DNA of 64,000 nucleotides from Octopus sinensis (Eukaryota). The DNA lies in contig NC_042998.1 of assembly GCF_006345805.1 (NCBI RefSeq), positions 4,650,001 through 4,714,000 of the forward strand, given 5' to 3'. Below, one piece after another: positions 1 through 12,039 of this stretch. Under the pieces are notes generated by a model. It saw only the letters and a program-made list of their open reading frames with translations, was not told where the DNA came from and did no database searches. Numbering within the stretch: the stretch's first letter is position 1; each line of letters opens with the position of its first letter. Both the position numbers and the translations under genes were made by a program.

Positions 1-1759
1 GTAAGTAGATAAGTGGAGTATCTCACTCAAGTAAGAAAAAAAGAAAAATATTCTGATCATTCTGTAAAGTAATAAGGACTCATAAATCTGGAAAATGTAG
101 TGCATCAGTATACATAGTGTATATTTTATATCACTTTGTTAAATACGCGCCATATAAACGTGTTACAAACAATTTTGTCATATGGAAGAATATTTTACCA
201 CGAAAGCTAAAATTCATTCTTTCACTGTCAAATTACAAAAACAAAATCATTACAAACCCATCTTCTGCTGAACCAAACTCATTTATAAACTTTAGTTTAT
301 AGACCTACAGTACTTTTAACATTAGTAATATTTTATATTTCCAGGCTTAAAGAGATTTACTTTTTATATACGTTTTTCACCGCCTTGCTTGCAAAGGATG
401 TTTCTTTGCAATTATGTATTTTTTCTATTCTTTCACCTCCTACCAACTTTGCCCAAATCAGCAAAGATGCCAAAGGGCTTAATCCGATTTTTGAATAAAT
501 GTCTGAAAAAAAAATTGTAATCTTTACTTATTGTAATAGATAAGAAAATATGTGATGTAAATTGGATTAATAAATTTATATATTTAGTATTTATTTACAC
601 AAATTAGTGCCTTGACTATAGGATATTAGATAACGCCGGTAGACATATCATCGCGTTTCATTCCCCCCAAATCTGTATATATAAGCAGATTATAAGAGTG
701 CAACAAATATTATTATCAATATCTTTAGAGCAATAGACAAATCTATAAGCAGTCTTTCTTCCACCTAAGCAACTTTTCAATGTTTTGTGAGCAAACACAA
801 GAATCACACATGTAGCCATTTCAAACATGAACTGCGATATAATCAACCCCATACGAGTGATATAGAAAGTATTATTAGAGTTAGAAGTGTGAGCGCACAT
901 TTGTGGGGTTCTAGTTTGACTATTTGGTTTCTATACCATTACCTATTTTGTGATTAATAGAGCCAGTCACAGACCTAAAAATCAAGTCACAATATAACAA
1001 TCGAATTATCATTAGTAAACATATTGAATTAATTAAGTACACCATTCCAGATGTACTTATGTAAGATGTAAATTATTTACTTATTTATGTCATCCAATAT
1101 TGTTCAAAGTAAGATAGCTAGAGTAACCTTGAAAAGATACAGTAGAAAATTTTGTTGTACATTTAGTTTCCAAACTCGGCTTCTTTATGAGAAGTTGATC
1201 AATTGTGATGTATATGCATTACGAAACTAAGTGCGCAACTATTATGTTTAAGATAAATTTATTTAAAAACTCTTCAAATACGCAAATGGACACGTGTAAA
1301 GTTTTAATTTAATACAAACCTAATACTCACGGTAGTCTATTGATTTGGCTTTATCATGGTAAAATACATTTTTAAGGAAAAAGAGGTGATTCCCTTTGGT
1401 CTTGCGTTTTCCTCTCCATTGAAATATTATGGTGGAGCCTACAGTAGCTGATATATTATGTAGGAATTTATGGCTCCATATATCTCGTACGTCTAGTGGC
1501 GGTGGGTCAACTCTGATTGCTATGCTACAGTTGTAGGATACCCTGTGCGTAGCTCTTGTTATTTTGTTAAAAACAAAATGATGCCTATTCTCATGTAATT
1601 ACTTGACTTTATAAATTTTTAAATTTGCTAATGTCACCAGTGATTAAATATTTTAAAGTTTATTCTTTTAATTTAGTTTCACCGAATTCAAATCCCTATC
1701 AGGAGAAGTAACAACGGTGTATGGAGAAGGTAGATGCTGAAAAGAATAGATGGCAATAA

Positions 1760-2295
1760 TAATAGAAATATTCAAAGACGAAAAACCTCCACTGATTATG
1801 ACTTGTATTGATTTCAAAAATTCATTTAGTATCGCTGTGACAACAGGAACTTTTCTAGATCATAGTTGAGGATAATATTACAGATTGGGTCATCAAAATT
1901 TGCTATAACTGATTTTATGCTGGCAGCATAATTGTCACTATACAAGTAACATGTCTAAAGGAATAACACATTTAACAACTTTATAGTTACAAGTACTTCC
2001 ATTTTAATTAAATAATTCTATTTTCAACAAAGCTATTATTGGTGTACCTCTAGAATTATATTGTCGCCTATTCTTTTATCGCAATACACGACAAACTCAC
2101 TAAGCAAAGACATAAAATGAATTCAAGCTCTTGTGTTATCATCAATCTATCTTCGTTATAAGATGCTCAGAAATAGGTTTCAATGACAACGAATTTGTCG
2201 ATGGCATTACTCTATTGGAATCAACGGCAAATTGTACTGAAACGCAATCAACAAAACTTGCTGCGCTTCATTATTAGTACTGCTAAGACAATATT
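1760..2295 (+). mobile_element. Degenerate RTE-like non-LTR retrotransposon reverse transcriptase relic
   Basis: Hand translation gives KPPLIMTCIDFKNSFSI at about 1783-1833 (resembles IDFKKAFDSI), DNEFVDGITLLES at about 2185-2223 (resembles DLDFADDIALL) and ISTAKT at about 2273-2290. Stops and frameshifts lie between the motifs. Confidence 0.65.
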
Positions 2296-4169
2296 AATTT
2301 CAATAAGCTATATACATAATTGCTTCAAACTGAGTAATATGACGAGATGAAGACCAAATAAATTCAGATATCTTGCATTTATTGTGACGTACATACGGTG
2401 ACTGAAATAAAAGTGTTTCTAACTTGGTTGTAGTTACATAGATTAAAATTTGTTTGCAAGTGCTTTATTCTACAAATTAATAATTAAAAGATAAGCCTAT
2501 TTACTTATTCATTGTCACAGTTCCAGTGAATGTGAAAGAATTACAAATGAGTCTGAAAACAGATGAAAAGCATCAAATTATTCGAAAGTAGTGAATGATT
2601 TTTGGAGCAAATGTATGGAACATATTTTAAATTGTAAGTTTATATAGTTGAATACTCCAAATTATTTTAGTGGCTTAAGTTACTGGGACATATATTACAA
2701 CCTCCAAATAAGAAACTTGTTCACAAATATTCAATGTAAATTCAAAGATACTGTAGAAGTCTGGGGTAGTGATGGAAGTTCTTTTTTATTTACAATATAT
2801 CCAGAATTTTTTAGGACATGTAGAACTGCACCTTATCAGATCAGGAAATATGTTTGGAACGGTGCGGGCGGCAAGGAATGTTGTATTGTCTACTCTTCAG
2901 ATCTGTGATTATAATGGTAGAGGACACTATACCAGGTCTTGTGCAGTCAGATTTTCAGTATTCACTATAACTGTCACTATAAAGATAATACATCTAAGGG
3001 ATATAAAGTATTTAACTACTTTACGGTTTAAGGATTAAAATGAAGTATAATTGAGTTTCTGGTCATATGTGAGTATTTTACATTATTCATTGTGACCTAA
3101 GTATTGAAACTTATTACTAGATAATGAGTGAATTTTAAGTATGAGAGACTGGTTGGGGTAAGTGTATATTTCATCTGCTTCATTCCATAAAAATAATGTT
3201 CGACATAAGTCCATTAAAGGCCAATTAATACTTAGGTGTTCATATACTTTCAACATTTAGTTATTAACAGGTAACAAATTTCAAATAAAAATATAAAATA
3301 TTTCAAACTATAACAACATTATAAGAACATAAAAATAGTATTTAAATGAAATATTTTCCTCTTTCACATATTTCATCAAATTCATACACTTAAAATAAAG
3401 TTTCTTTTGTTTGTGTCATAACTATTCGCTATGATAGATAATTTTCAGCACTTATTTATTTACTATCAATTATTTTTTAATGAATAAATTTTTAGGTATA
3501 GTTCTGCTTATATAGTAAACTGCGTTTCTTTTTCATTAAAATATTTTGTATGTACATATGGATATTGCAGTTGTTGCAATCACAGTAATTAAAATTTAAT
3601 CTGAATATATACTCATTGAAAGTTTGGCAATATAATGAGCATAAAACTGTTTACATGTTATTCAATTTAATTGTTTATTTTACAATGATTACATTTTGAA
3701 AACCTGGTTTGAAAGTTGTCTCCTAAATGAAAAAGTCCATAATCATTATCACGAGTGTTATCATTTTGTTCACAACCAATACTGCCACCATAATCATGTT
3801 TTCAATATCGTTTGAAAACAAAACATGACTGATATAAAATTGAATATCTCTTATCTCTAGAGTATATATTGATTTTATATACATTCTACATATTTTATGC
3901 ATGCCAAATCTTCGAAAACAGAAGCAACTATATTCAGATAGTTATTCTTTATTATTTGTTGAGAGGCAATGCCGGCGAATGGAGAATTGTAAAACGAAAT
4001 ATACAGAAATATATCATAAAGGATGAAAAATATATGTTATCAGAAAGCTTTTTGACATTATAAAAGGAAGTCTGTTTTGTTTTTATGTAAGAAAAATATA
4101 TTTTGCACCCTAATCTATTTTGATGTGAGTTAATAATTTGTTACCTTATGCATTTAATAAATTAGGATC

Positions 4170-4990
4170 TTAGCCACAAAATAACTTTATACTAATTTAT
4201 GACAATCCTTTCTATAACATATTGAAATGAGCTTGGAAACGTAGTAGTTGTAAACAGCCTTCAGACGAGTCGTAAACCATATTCTGTTCGATCGGTCATT
4301 CCAATATTTCACATGATTATCATGGCAACTTTTGGATATTTCCTATCAGTATAACAAAATTGTTGTGAGGTAAGGAAGCGCAGTAATTCAGAAGAGGATG
4401 AACCACTACTTTTGTAGTCATTGTCAAAAGTTTACATTGTACCACTGCCTGTTAGCTTCTCTCCTGTGTCTTCACAAATTTCCCTGACTGAAGAAGAAAA
4501 TAATTTTTGTGGAGTGATCACCATTCCTAATTTTTAATTGCTTTGTTAGGCTATGCAATGCAATCGATTTAACAAGTAAACTCGCCCGTGTTTAAAATTA
4601 AGGAAAATTGTAAAACAAATCCATTCTTAAAATATCGCATACATTGAGGATATAGTTGTTAGATTCTCGGTGCGTCAGATCAAGACATCCTAGTCTTTGC
4701 AATAAGGACGTGTAGCTAAACATCAATCATTTGCTTTTACATGTTACTATTTCCTCTAATAAAATTGAGCTATCTGGTAATTTTGCCTCATTTAAGTGAG
4801 ACTTATCCTGCAACGGACATCAAAAGAAATGTTTCTAAGTCTTCACATGAAATAGTCACACATTTTTTAAATGTATCCGTGTGTTAGAGGAAGAGTTCTT
4901 ATGGCATAAATCTATTTTCGCTTTATTACAAACGTCATTAACGTTCTTAGCAGGTCGCCATAGCTTACCAGTTGTAAATATTCACCAAAT
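4170..4990 (-). mobile_element. piggyBac-like transposase relic
   Basis: Minus-strand translation gives TISCEDLETFLLMSVAG, SILLEEIVTCKSK*LMFSY (resembles SIDESMVPFKGR..F.QY), EKLTGSGTM*TFDNDYKS (resembles LKGSGRNVTFDNYFTS) and VKYWNDRSNRIWFTT (resembles VKWKDKR.V.FLST). The motifs are in piggyBac order with many disruptions. Confidence 0.55.
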
Positions 4991-6181
4991 TTACCGCAAA
5001 ATAATCAAATAATCCACTAAAATTCGTATAGCGATTATTTTAATTTCCAGTAGTTTTACATGCATTCCATGTTTCGTGTATGTTAATGAGTCAAACGGAT
5101 TCAAGCGGCTACATGGTAACAAAAGTATATTCTAAAACTCAGTGTTGCCACTATAAAATTAATTAGCTTTATACTAAGTTGTTTATTTAGGAACTGTAAA
5201 GTATTCAAATCATAGCTTTCTCAACGGTATTAAACATGGCCTTTCAGATGTTTAACAGTCCTTAAATATCGGTCCCATGATCACGAAATAATGTGTAACA
5301 TTGACTGGTTCATCTGTAGTTGTCATTAAACATAATTAGAAGAGAATTAGAAGTATGATGTAATGGTTATTAATTATTCAATGCTGCTTGATCATTATCA
5401 GCATCTAAAACATAACAAATGCTACATCATTAAGAAAAAAAAATCGCAAACGATAATTATTTTTCTTTAAACACCAACTGATCAGTCTTGTGTTTTATTT
5501 TATTCATTTTCAAATAACATTGAACTTGGAGAGCTTAATTTAAAAAAGAAGGATCCCTGGGGATTACATGAAAATCTGATACATAACATTCATCAAGCCA
5601 AACTTGAAGATACAGAAACTAATGAAAAATTAAAGCAGTGATCATACAAATAATTATTTTTTCAACATGTTCTCCTTAATTACATTTTGAAATGCCACAT
5701 CAAAACATACTTTGTACCTCACCGTTACCACCACAACTAACATTATAATAAGCATAACCACAATTACCACCACTAACTTCATTATCTCACAGCCATCACT
5801 ATCTTTATCATAGAAATACTTGAAATCGTAATTGCTGTTGATGTTGTTATAAATGTTTTCTTAAATCCAAAACAAAATCAATTGAAGTGAAAACTGGTTA
5901 TCAAAATCAAATTCAAATTAAAGTACATTAAGATAATTAAGAATGTTATCGTTCACCTGAAAAGTCTTGTTACACAGCATATAAGGCAGATTCTGTTTTT
6001 GTTAATTTCACTTCTGTACCTAATACATTTGTACCTATAACTATTTAACTTACATAATTTACAAGATAAGGGCAGAAGAAAACTTCTAATGCCAGATACG
6101 CCGAAAACAAAACATTGACGATAACCATTAAATTTATGCGTCTCGAAACAAACCGATAGGAATTTCTAAAAAATTCGTTAT

Positions 6182-6240
6182 TACCGCATTGGTCCAATTT
6201 CGGGGTTAATTCACAAGAAATTTTCCCCTCTTCAGCGGCA
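6182..6240 (-). ncRNA. Type-I hammerhead ribozyme motif, family A left arm (cleavage triplet AUG, probably inactive)
   Basis: Reverse complement: TGCCG CTGAAGA GGGG..CCCC GAAA TTGG A CCAA T G CGGTA. The core is intact but position 17 is G. Confidence 0.75.
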
Positions 6241-6300
6241 CATACGCGAGATATAAATGAAATGGGTATGAATAAGTATTTCATTTATATCTCGCGTATG

Positions 6301-6359
6301 TGTCGCTGAAGAGGGGAAAATTTCTTGTGAATTAACCCCGAAATTGGACCAATACGGTA
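6301..6359 (+). ncRNA. Type-I hammerhead ribozyme motif, family A right arm (intact core, AUA site)
   Basis: TGTCG CTGAAGA GGGG aa AATT tcttgtg AATT aa CCCC GAAA TTGG A CCAA T A CGGTA. Helix I is 5 bp with 2 GU pairs, helix II is GGGG/CCCC, helix III is ATTGG/CCAAT. Predicted cleavage is after 6354. Confidence 0.85.
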
Positions 6360-7102
6360 ATAACGACTTTTTTAGAGATTTCTATCGGTTTGTTTCGAGA
6401 CGCATGAATTTAATGGTTATCGACAATTTTTTTTGTTTTCCCGGAAACAAAATTTATCCTATATAAATTATAACTATTTAACTGTAAGTCTGCATTTCGC
6501 CATGCATATATTACTTCCTCGTTCTTTTATACCAGAACTTACAACAGTAGAACATCTCACGTTACACATTTGGAAGAAAACTGAGTGTTAGCCACGTTTT
6601 AGGAAAAAATAAAATATTAAAAATAATTTCTGCAATTGAAAGTGAGCGTATGCGTGTGTATTTATATGCACACTCCGAAACGTAGGTGTGTATGCATGTG
6701 TGTTCAGACGAACTGTTTTGTGACGTATACAAGTAACAAGGGTATAGCACCGCGTGTGCAGTTATGTATATATATATAAAACTTAGAGGATGATTCTCTT
6801 TCAGATTTAGGATTTACTGGCGATATATATACACAAATATATTATATTAATTTAGAGATAAAACCACTATTAGGCAAATCAAACAATGAAAAACTGAAGC
6901 CAATACATATATTTAATTAATTTATATTATTTTAAATATATATCAAAAGTATTAAAAGTTTAATAAAAGATAATGAGTAAAACACTACGATCGGTACATG
7001 GCTGTCCAATTCGTAAAACAATTGCTGCGTTGAAGGTGTTTGTAAGCCATTTAAGAAACACACAAAAGCCGTTCGATTCACTTCAACATTTAAGTTTAAT
7101 TT

Positions 7103-7147
7103 GTCAAAATATTTTCGTCGCTTTCAGATCGCGACCTGTTCACTGAC
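7103..7147 (-). ncRNA. Minimal type-I hammerhead motif with G3-C8 core variant
   Basis: Reverse complement: GTCA GTGAACA G GTCGC gatctgaaa GCGAC GAAA ATAT T T TGAC. Helix I is 4 bp, helix II is 5 bp, helix III is the palindrome AATATT, and the site is UUU. Confidence 0.7.
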
Positions 7148-7190
7148 GCACACAATCTCAGATCAAATCACTTGCTATGCAAGTACATCT

Positions 7191-7244
<54 letters not shown>

Positions 7245-7499
7245 ACAGTTACTCATAAACCTGAAAGGGAATCCCCCTCTAATTTATAGACCAGTAGAGT
7301 AATTAGATAAGGATAGTTATGGCTGGTATATGGGTTTGCCCAGGTTTTCATGTCTATAAAGCTCTTAACTTTACAGCGTCTCTTCAGGTCTAATTATATA
7401 TAAATATGTGCATGCATGTGTGTGTGCGTGAGTGTGTGTGTGTCTATGTTTGTGCATGAGCGTGTATATGCTAAACCTCACTAAGATGAATATTTCAAT

Positions 7500-7568
7500 T
7501 ACCTGAAGATTGACTGTAACCATAACTCGAATTATTATGAAATGGACAGCCTTGAAACGATCGTAGTG
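7500..7568 (+). ncRNA. Eroded type-I hammerhead motif
   Basis: CTGAAGA at 7503-7509 and GAAA C GATC GT A GTG from 7554. Helix III is the palindrome ACGATCGT with a GUA site. Helix II is only partly paired (CTGT/ACAG). Confidence 0.5.
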
Positions 7569-7700
7569 TTTTACCCATTATCTTTTATTAAACTTTTAAT
7601 ACTTTTGATATATATTTAAAATAATATAGATTAATTATTTTTTATGTATTGGCTTAAGTTTTTCATTGTTTGATTTGCCTAATAGTGGTTTTATCTCTAA

Positions 7701-7756
<56 letters not shown>

Positions 7757-8399
7757 TATATTTGAAGAGAATTAAGGTCTCTACAAAATTTATGTATTTG
7801 TACTATTTGTCCTCAAGTTCTTCAAAATTTATCTTTTACGTCTTGTCCCAGATTAGAACATTGTTCTACCAAGACGGAAAAACAGCTAATTCTGGAATCT
7901 ATCACTTCCCAATAAATATTACTATGCTAATTTCATTTTGTGCAAATGGAATCTTTCCTGAATATGATGGTAACAAAAACATATTCATTTTATTATGTAA
8001 ACCTGGTACAATTGGCAGTGCTGTGCTTCGATTTAAAACGTGCAGAGAAATATCCGAATCGAATAATTTGAATATGATTTATTTGACCTAATTAGAAATA
8101 TGTAATACCGGAAATATTACATCAAATTCCAGCATAGTCTAAAATGCAAGGTGAGTGTTTAGGTTAAATGAAAAAATATATGTTAATTCAGATAAGTAAA
8201 ATAACCTCTATACTTTTGACAAAATATTTATAGACTAGCTAGTCCCCTGCTGTAAGAAATGACGGCTAATGGCAGTATTTTATATATAAAAAAAGTACAA
8301 AACCAAGATTTTAGTTTAATAATTCTCTTATTACTAAATTGTTTTTATCAGAAATATATCAGCTACTAACATACCTTGACTGCTTGTTTCCTTCAAAAG

Positions 8400-9136
8400 A
8401 ATTTTTAAGCTTTCCTTCCTTCTTGTAGGACTTAAGGCCACATAAAGCTGGCTGTAACTAAATACGGGAGCTGGCAAGTAAATAACTTTTTCGAAGCTCT
8501 ATCCTTGTGATTTGTTTATGGTCATGGCAAAAGCCGGTACCACAGGAAACTGCCGCCTGTTCATATTGAAGAGTGAATCTGTTTCATTCGGACGCAGGTC
8601 AACTTGTGGTATGAATGCTTCATTTTCTTTTTTACAGCCAATAATGATTTTTGCATGAAAATAAATTTTATTACAAGATAAAACTAAAAATCAATAAAAC
8701 CGTTCAACAAGCCATTAGCAGGATCCAAATTTTTCAGCAAAATCACAATTGAATTTTTCTTCCGTACTAGATTGTATGGGGCATGCCTGACGACATCAAA
8801 GAATTCAAAGACTTCCGGAAAATTCATGATATTCTCGACACGTTCATCAACCAACATATTAACGCTTTGATATATCTGTAAGTCTCCATCTAGAAGTAGC
8901 AACATCTTGGTATTCAATTCGTTTGACTCTTTGTTTTTTGGTGTTAAAATAATTTTTGTCAATATTATATAGTGGTAGGAGTGGCTGTGTGATAAGTAAC
9001 TTGCTTACGAACCACATGGTTCCGAGTTCAGTCCCACTGCATTGCACCTTGGGCAAGTGTCTTCTACTATAGCCTCGGGTCGACCAAAGCCTTGTGAGTG
9101 GATTTGGTAGACGGAATCTGAAAGAAGCCCGTCGTA

Positions 9137-9194
<58 letters not shown>

Positions 9195-9310
9195 ATAGAG
9201 GACATTATTACACATAAATGCCTCACACTAAGAGGGACAAAGTCATTACTACCAAAAATTTCACTAATCATACCTAAATGCAGTTCTTCAAAGCAAAACA
9301 TTCAAAAAAT
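8400..9310 (-). mobile_element. Helitron PIF1-like helicase relic, interrupted by a SINE fragment
   Basis: Minus-strand translation gives ILTPKNKESNELNTKML, LLKNLDPANGLLNG, RRQFPVVPAFAMTINKSQG and PVFSYSQLYVALS, which are Helitron helicase C-terminal motifs. Frameshifts and stops are present. Confidence 0.85.
8971..9190 (+). mobile_element. tRNA-derived SINE, 5' half plus (TA)n
   Basis: Head ggagtggctgtgtg..ggttccgagttcagtccc and core ccttgggcaagtgtcttctactatagcc. Same family as the copies at 15137-15627 and 24943-25343. Confidence 0.85.
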
Positions 9311-9317
9311 GAATTTA

Positions 9318-9373
9318 GTTCTGTATCACCGTGATTTCACATTTAACTTACGTCTTATGATCCTCAGCAGAAC
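9318..9373 (-). ncRNA. Type-I hammerhead motif (AUA site, weak helix II)
   Basis: Reverse complement: GTTCTG CTGAGGA T CAT..ATG T GAAA TCAC G GTGA T A CAGAAC. Helix I is a perfect 6 bp and helix III is ATCAC/GTGAT. Helix II has a U-U closing mismatch. Confidence 0.65.
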
Positions 9374-9668
9374 TGATTCTAGCGAAGACGAACAGACATC
9401 CATTCACTCCGGCCAAGCACGTGGAATGTTTATAAATCATATATTCGGTAAATGGTGGGCTTTTTCGAACTGCATGTCGGATAAGAAAAGTATTTCGGAA
9501 TAAATTTATCAATTAAGGATAACTTCTTAATAAGGAATCTTAACAAGAAATTATCAGGTAGTTAGCGTGAAAACCTCATAAAAGAAAAGAATTCGAAAAA
9601 TTTTTTTTCTTTTGAACAAATTAATTATATCTATATTGTATCTATATTATATATATTATATATATATA

Positions 9669-9714
<46 letters not shown>

Positions 9715-9747
<33 letters not shown>

Positions 9748-9957
9748 TGTGTCTGTGTTTGTCCCCCCAATATCGCTTGACAACCGATGTTGGTGTGTTT
9801 ACGTCCCCGTAACTTAGCGGTTCGGCGAAAGTGACCGACAGAATAAATACTAGGCTTACAAAGAATACGTTCTGGGGTCAATTTGCTCAACTAAAAGCGG
9901 TGCTCCAGCATGGCCACCGTCACATGACTGAAACAAGTAAAAGAGTAAAAGAGTAAA
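9715..9957 (+). mobile_element. SINE 3' half, starting at the internal (TG)n
   Basis: gcttgacaaccgatgttggtgtgtttacgtccccgtaacttagcggttcggc, followed by the tail gactgaaacaagtaaaagagtaaaagag. Confidence 0.85.
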
Positions 9958-11334
9958 TTCCATCAATATCACCGATACTTACTGCAGAAATATCGTTGCC
10001 AAATCCGTTTCTTGTCGAATACAATTGTCAATGTCATCAAGTGATTACATTTTCAGATGTGACATCGGTCAACGTTAGTTATTGAAAGAACGCTGGTTAG
10101 TTTATGTACAGTTATCGAAAGAAGGCTGGGTAACAATTTCTTGATATAAATAAATATATATGAACTGTTAAATTAAATGTAGATGTGTATTTATAAAATA
10201 CCTTTCCAGTGCAGTCGTTTTATATTCTTAATGCACTCAAGCAATAAGTATTTTCTCTATTGAATTTGTATATGTATATGTTTGTGTAGATGTGTGTGGT
10301 TGTAATAATTATTTTTAACAAAACAGGTAGAATATGGATGGAAATTCAAAGTAATACATTTCTCAATGCTATGTAGTGCTTGTATTTTGAGATTTAACAT
10401 CTTATCACCATTAGTTGCTGAAAGAACGCCGGTTAATTTATGTATAAATACTGAAAAACGCAGGGTAAAAATAATTATTACATACATACATACATAATTA
10501 TTACATCTACACAAACATGGCGGTGTCCCAGCATGGCCACAGCTCGTGAGCTGAAACTATAGATGAAATGAAAATGAAAAACATATACATAAAAATAATC
10601 ATTAGAGAAAATAATAGTTACATGCACACACATATGTGTGTATGTGAATGTGTTTGTGTGTATGTGTGCATGTATATATGTATGTGTGTGTGTGTGCGTG
10701 TTCATATGTATACATTTATATGTACGAGTAGCACAGTCTGTAGTTGTCTATACATTGTCACAGCCGCTTTCCTTCCTTTTTGAGTGTGTCTGTTTATATA
10801 TACGTATGTGTAACTGCGCGTGTGTCTGAAATTCTATTTTCTACGTATCTTTCTAAATAAGCATAGAGAAACACATATACACTCACTCGAATATATATGA
10901 ACATATTTTATAGAAACACACATAAAATCACAACACAAACATTCACATACTTCCCGTTTACACCTTCACATATATACTCACACAAAGCTGCTTGTTTTTT
11001 TTTCACCATAGAATTTTCACCTCTCACTTTCATCGGTGGATATATATATATAAGTATATTATACACAACCACACACAAACCTTCGCATGATCATATCAAC
11101 CAGTGTGTGTAACCAATTGGTTATGAATATACACACACAGACGTCGTTCGGTTTGTCATCACACGTTCCTTCATCAGTAATCCCTTGTGAGGACAAAAAC
11201 ACAAGGGAATCATATATTAGTAGATTATTCTTTTCTACTCTAGGCACAAGGCCAATAAATGATGAAAGGCAAAGCTGACCTCAGCGGAATTTGAACTCAG
11301 AACGTAAGGACAGACGAAATAATATATTATTCTT

Positions 11335-11734
11335 TTATTCTTTTACTCTTTTACTTGTTTCAATCATTTGACTGCAGCCATCCTTGAGCACCGCCTTTAA
11401 TTGCAGCAAATCGAAGTTATTCTTTGTAAGCCTAGTACTTATTCTATTGGATCTCTTTTGCCGAACCGCTAGGTTACAGGGGCGTAAACGCACCAGCATT
11501 GGTTGTTAAACGATGTTGGGGGGAGACAAACACAAACACACAAACATACACACACACACACATATATACGATGGGTTTCTTTCAGTTTCCGTCTACCAAA
11601 TTCGCTCAAAAGGATTTAGTCGGCCCGAGGCTATAGTAGAAGACACTAGTGAAGGTGTCACGCTAGTTGAACTGAACCCGGAAAGATGTGGCTGGAAAGC
11701 AAGCTACTTATTACACAACACTTCTGCGCCTATA
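11335..11734 (-). mobile_element. Full-length tRNA-derived SINE
   Basis: Reverse-complement copy of the same family, with the tail at 11335 and the head ending ctgcgcctata at 11734. Confidence 0.85.
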
Positions 11735-11743
11735 CATTAGATT

Positions 11744-11863
11744 ATTGTTTAACATATCACGTTGAATGTAGCAGTTCTCGTTCGAATACCGAAGTTAAGC
11801 AACGTCGAGCCTAGTAAGTACTTAGATGGGTGACCGCTTGCGAAACCTAGGTGCTGTAAGCAT
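11744..11863 (+). pseudogene. 5S rRNA pseudogene (head of a possible 5S-derived SINE extending to about 11939)
   Basis: catatcacgttgaa..gttctcgttcgaataccgaagttaagcaacgtcgagcctagtaagtacttagatgggtgaccgcttgcgaaacctaggtgctgtaagc is colinear with invertebrate 5S rRNA and retains the internal A and C boxes. The 5' end is diverged. Confidence 0.85.
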
Positions 11864-12039
11864 CTCACAATCAATGGTAATGTCCCAGCATGACCACATC
11901 TTTAAAGCAGAAACCATTTAAAGATATTAAAGATATTAACATATTCTCCATATACAAAATATTTATATTATTATTTACAAAATATAACCTAGAGTATAAA
12001 AGACTGAATCGGCACGTAGAATAGATGACACGATATAAA

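Larger units (their letters stand above)
6036..6483. mobile_element. Foldback element family A: about 160-bp inverted arms, 14-nt loop, 15-bp flanking direct repeat
   Basis: 6103-6263 is the near-perfect reverse complement of 6278-6440. The loop is gggtatgaataagt (6264-6277). The sequence tataactatttaact occurs at 6036-6050 and 6469-6483. Confidence 0.9.
6848..7702. mobile_element. Inverted pair of PLE-like terminal repeats beside (TA)n tracts
   Basis: 6848-7020 (gagataaaaccactattaggc...cactacgatcg) is the reverse complement of about 7528-7702. (TA)n tracts lie at 7194-7240 and 7705-7760. Confidence 0.75.

Noticed and set aside
658-900. 80-aa minus-strand ORF with faint piggyBac-like words in another frame (YGVD, RWKK)
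   Set aside because: The motif spacing does not fit and the similarity is too weak to call.
2648-3038. Overlapping Cys-containing ORFs of 86 and 89 aa
   Set aside because: No recognisable domain and no consistent splice frame with the neighbouring exon-like block.
11137-11181. Minus-strand CTGATGA A GG..CC GAAC GACGTC, hammerhead-like
   Set aside because: One A of GAAA is missing, helix II is only 2 bp and helix I does not pair. At best an eroded relic.
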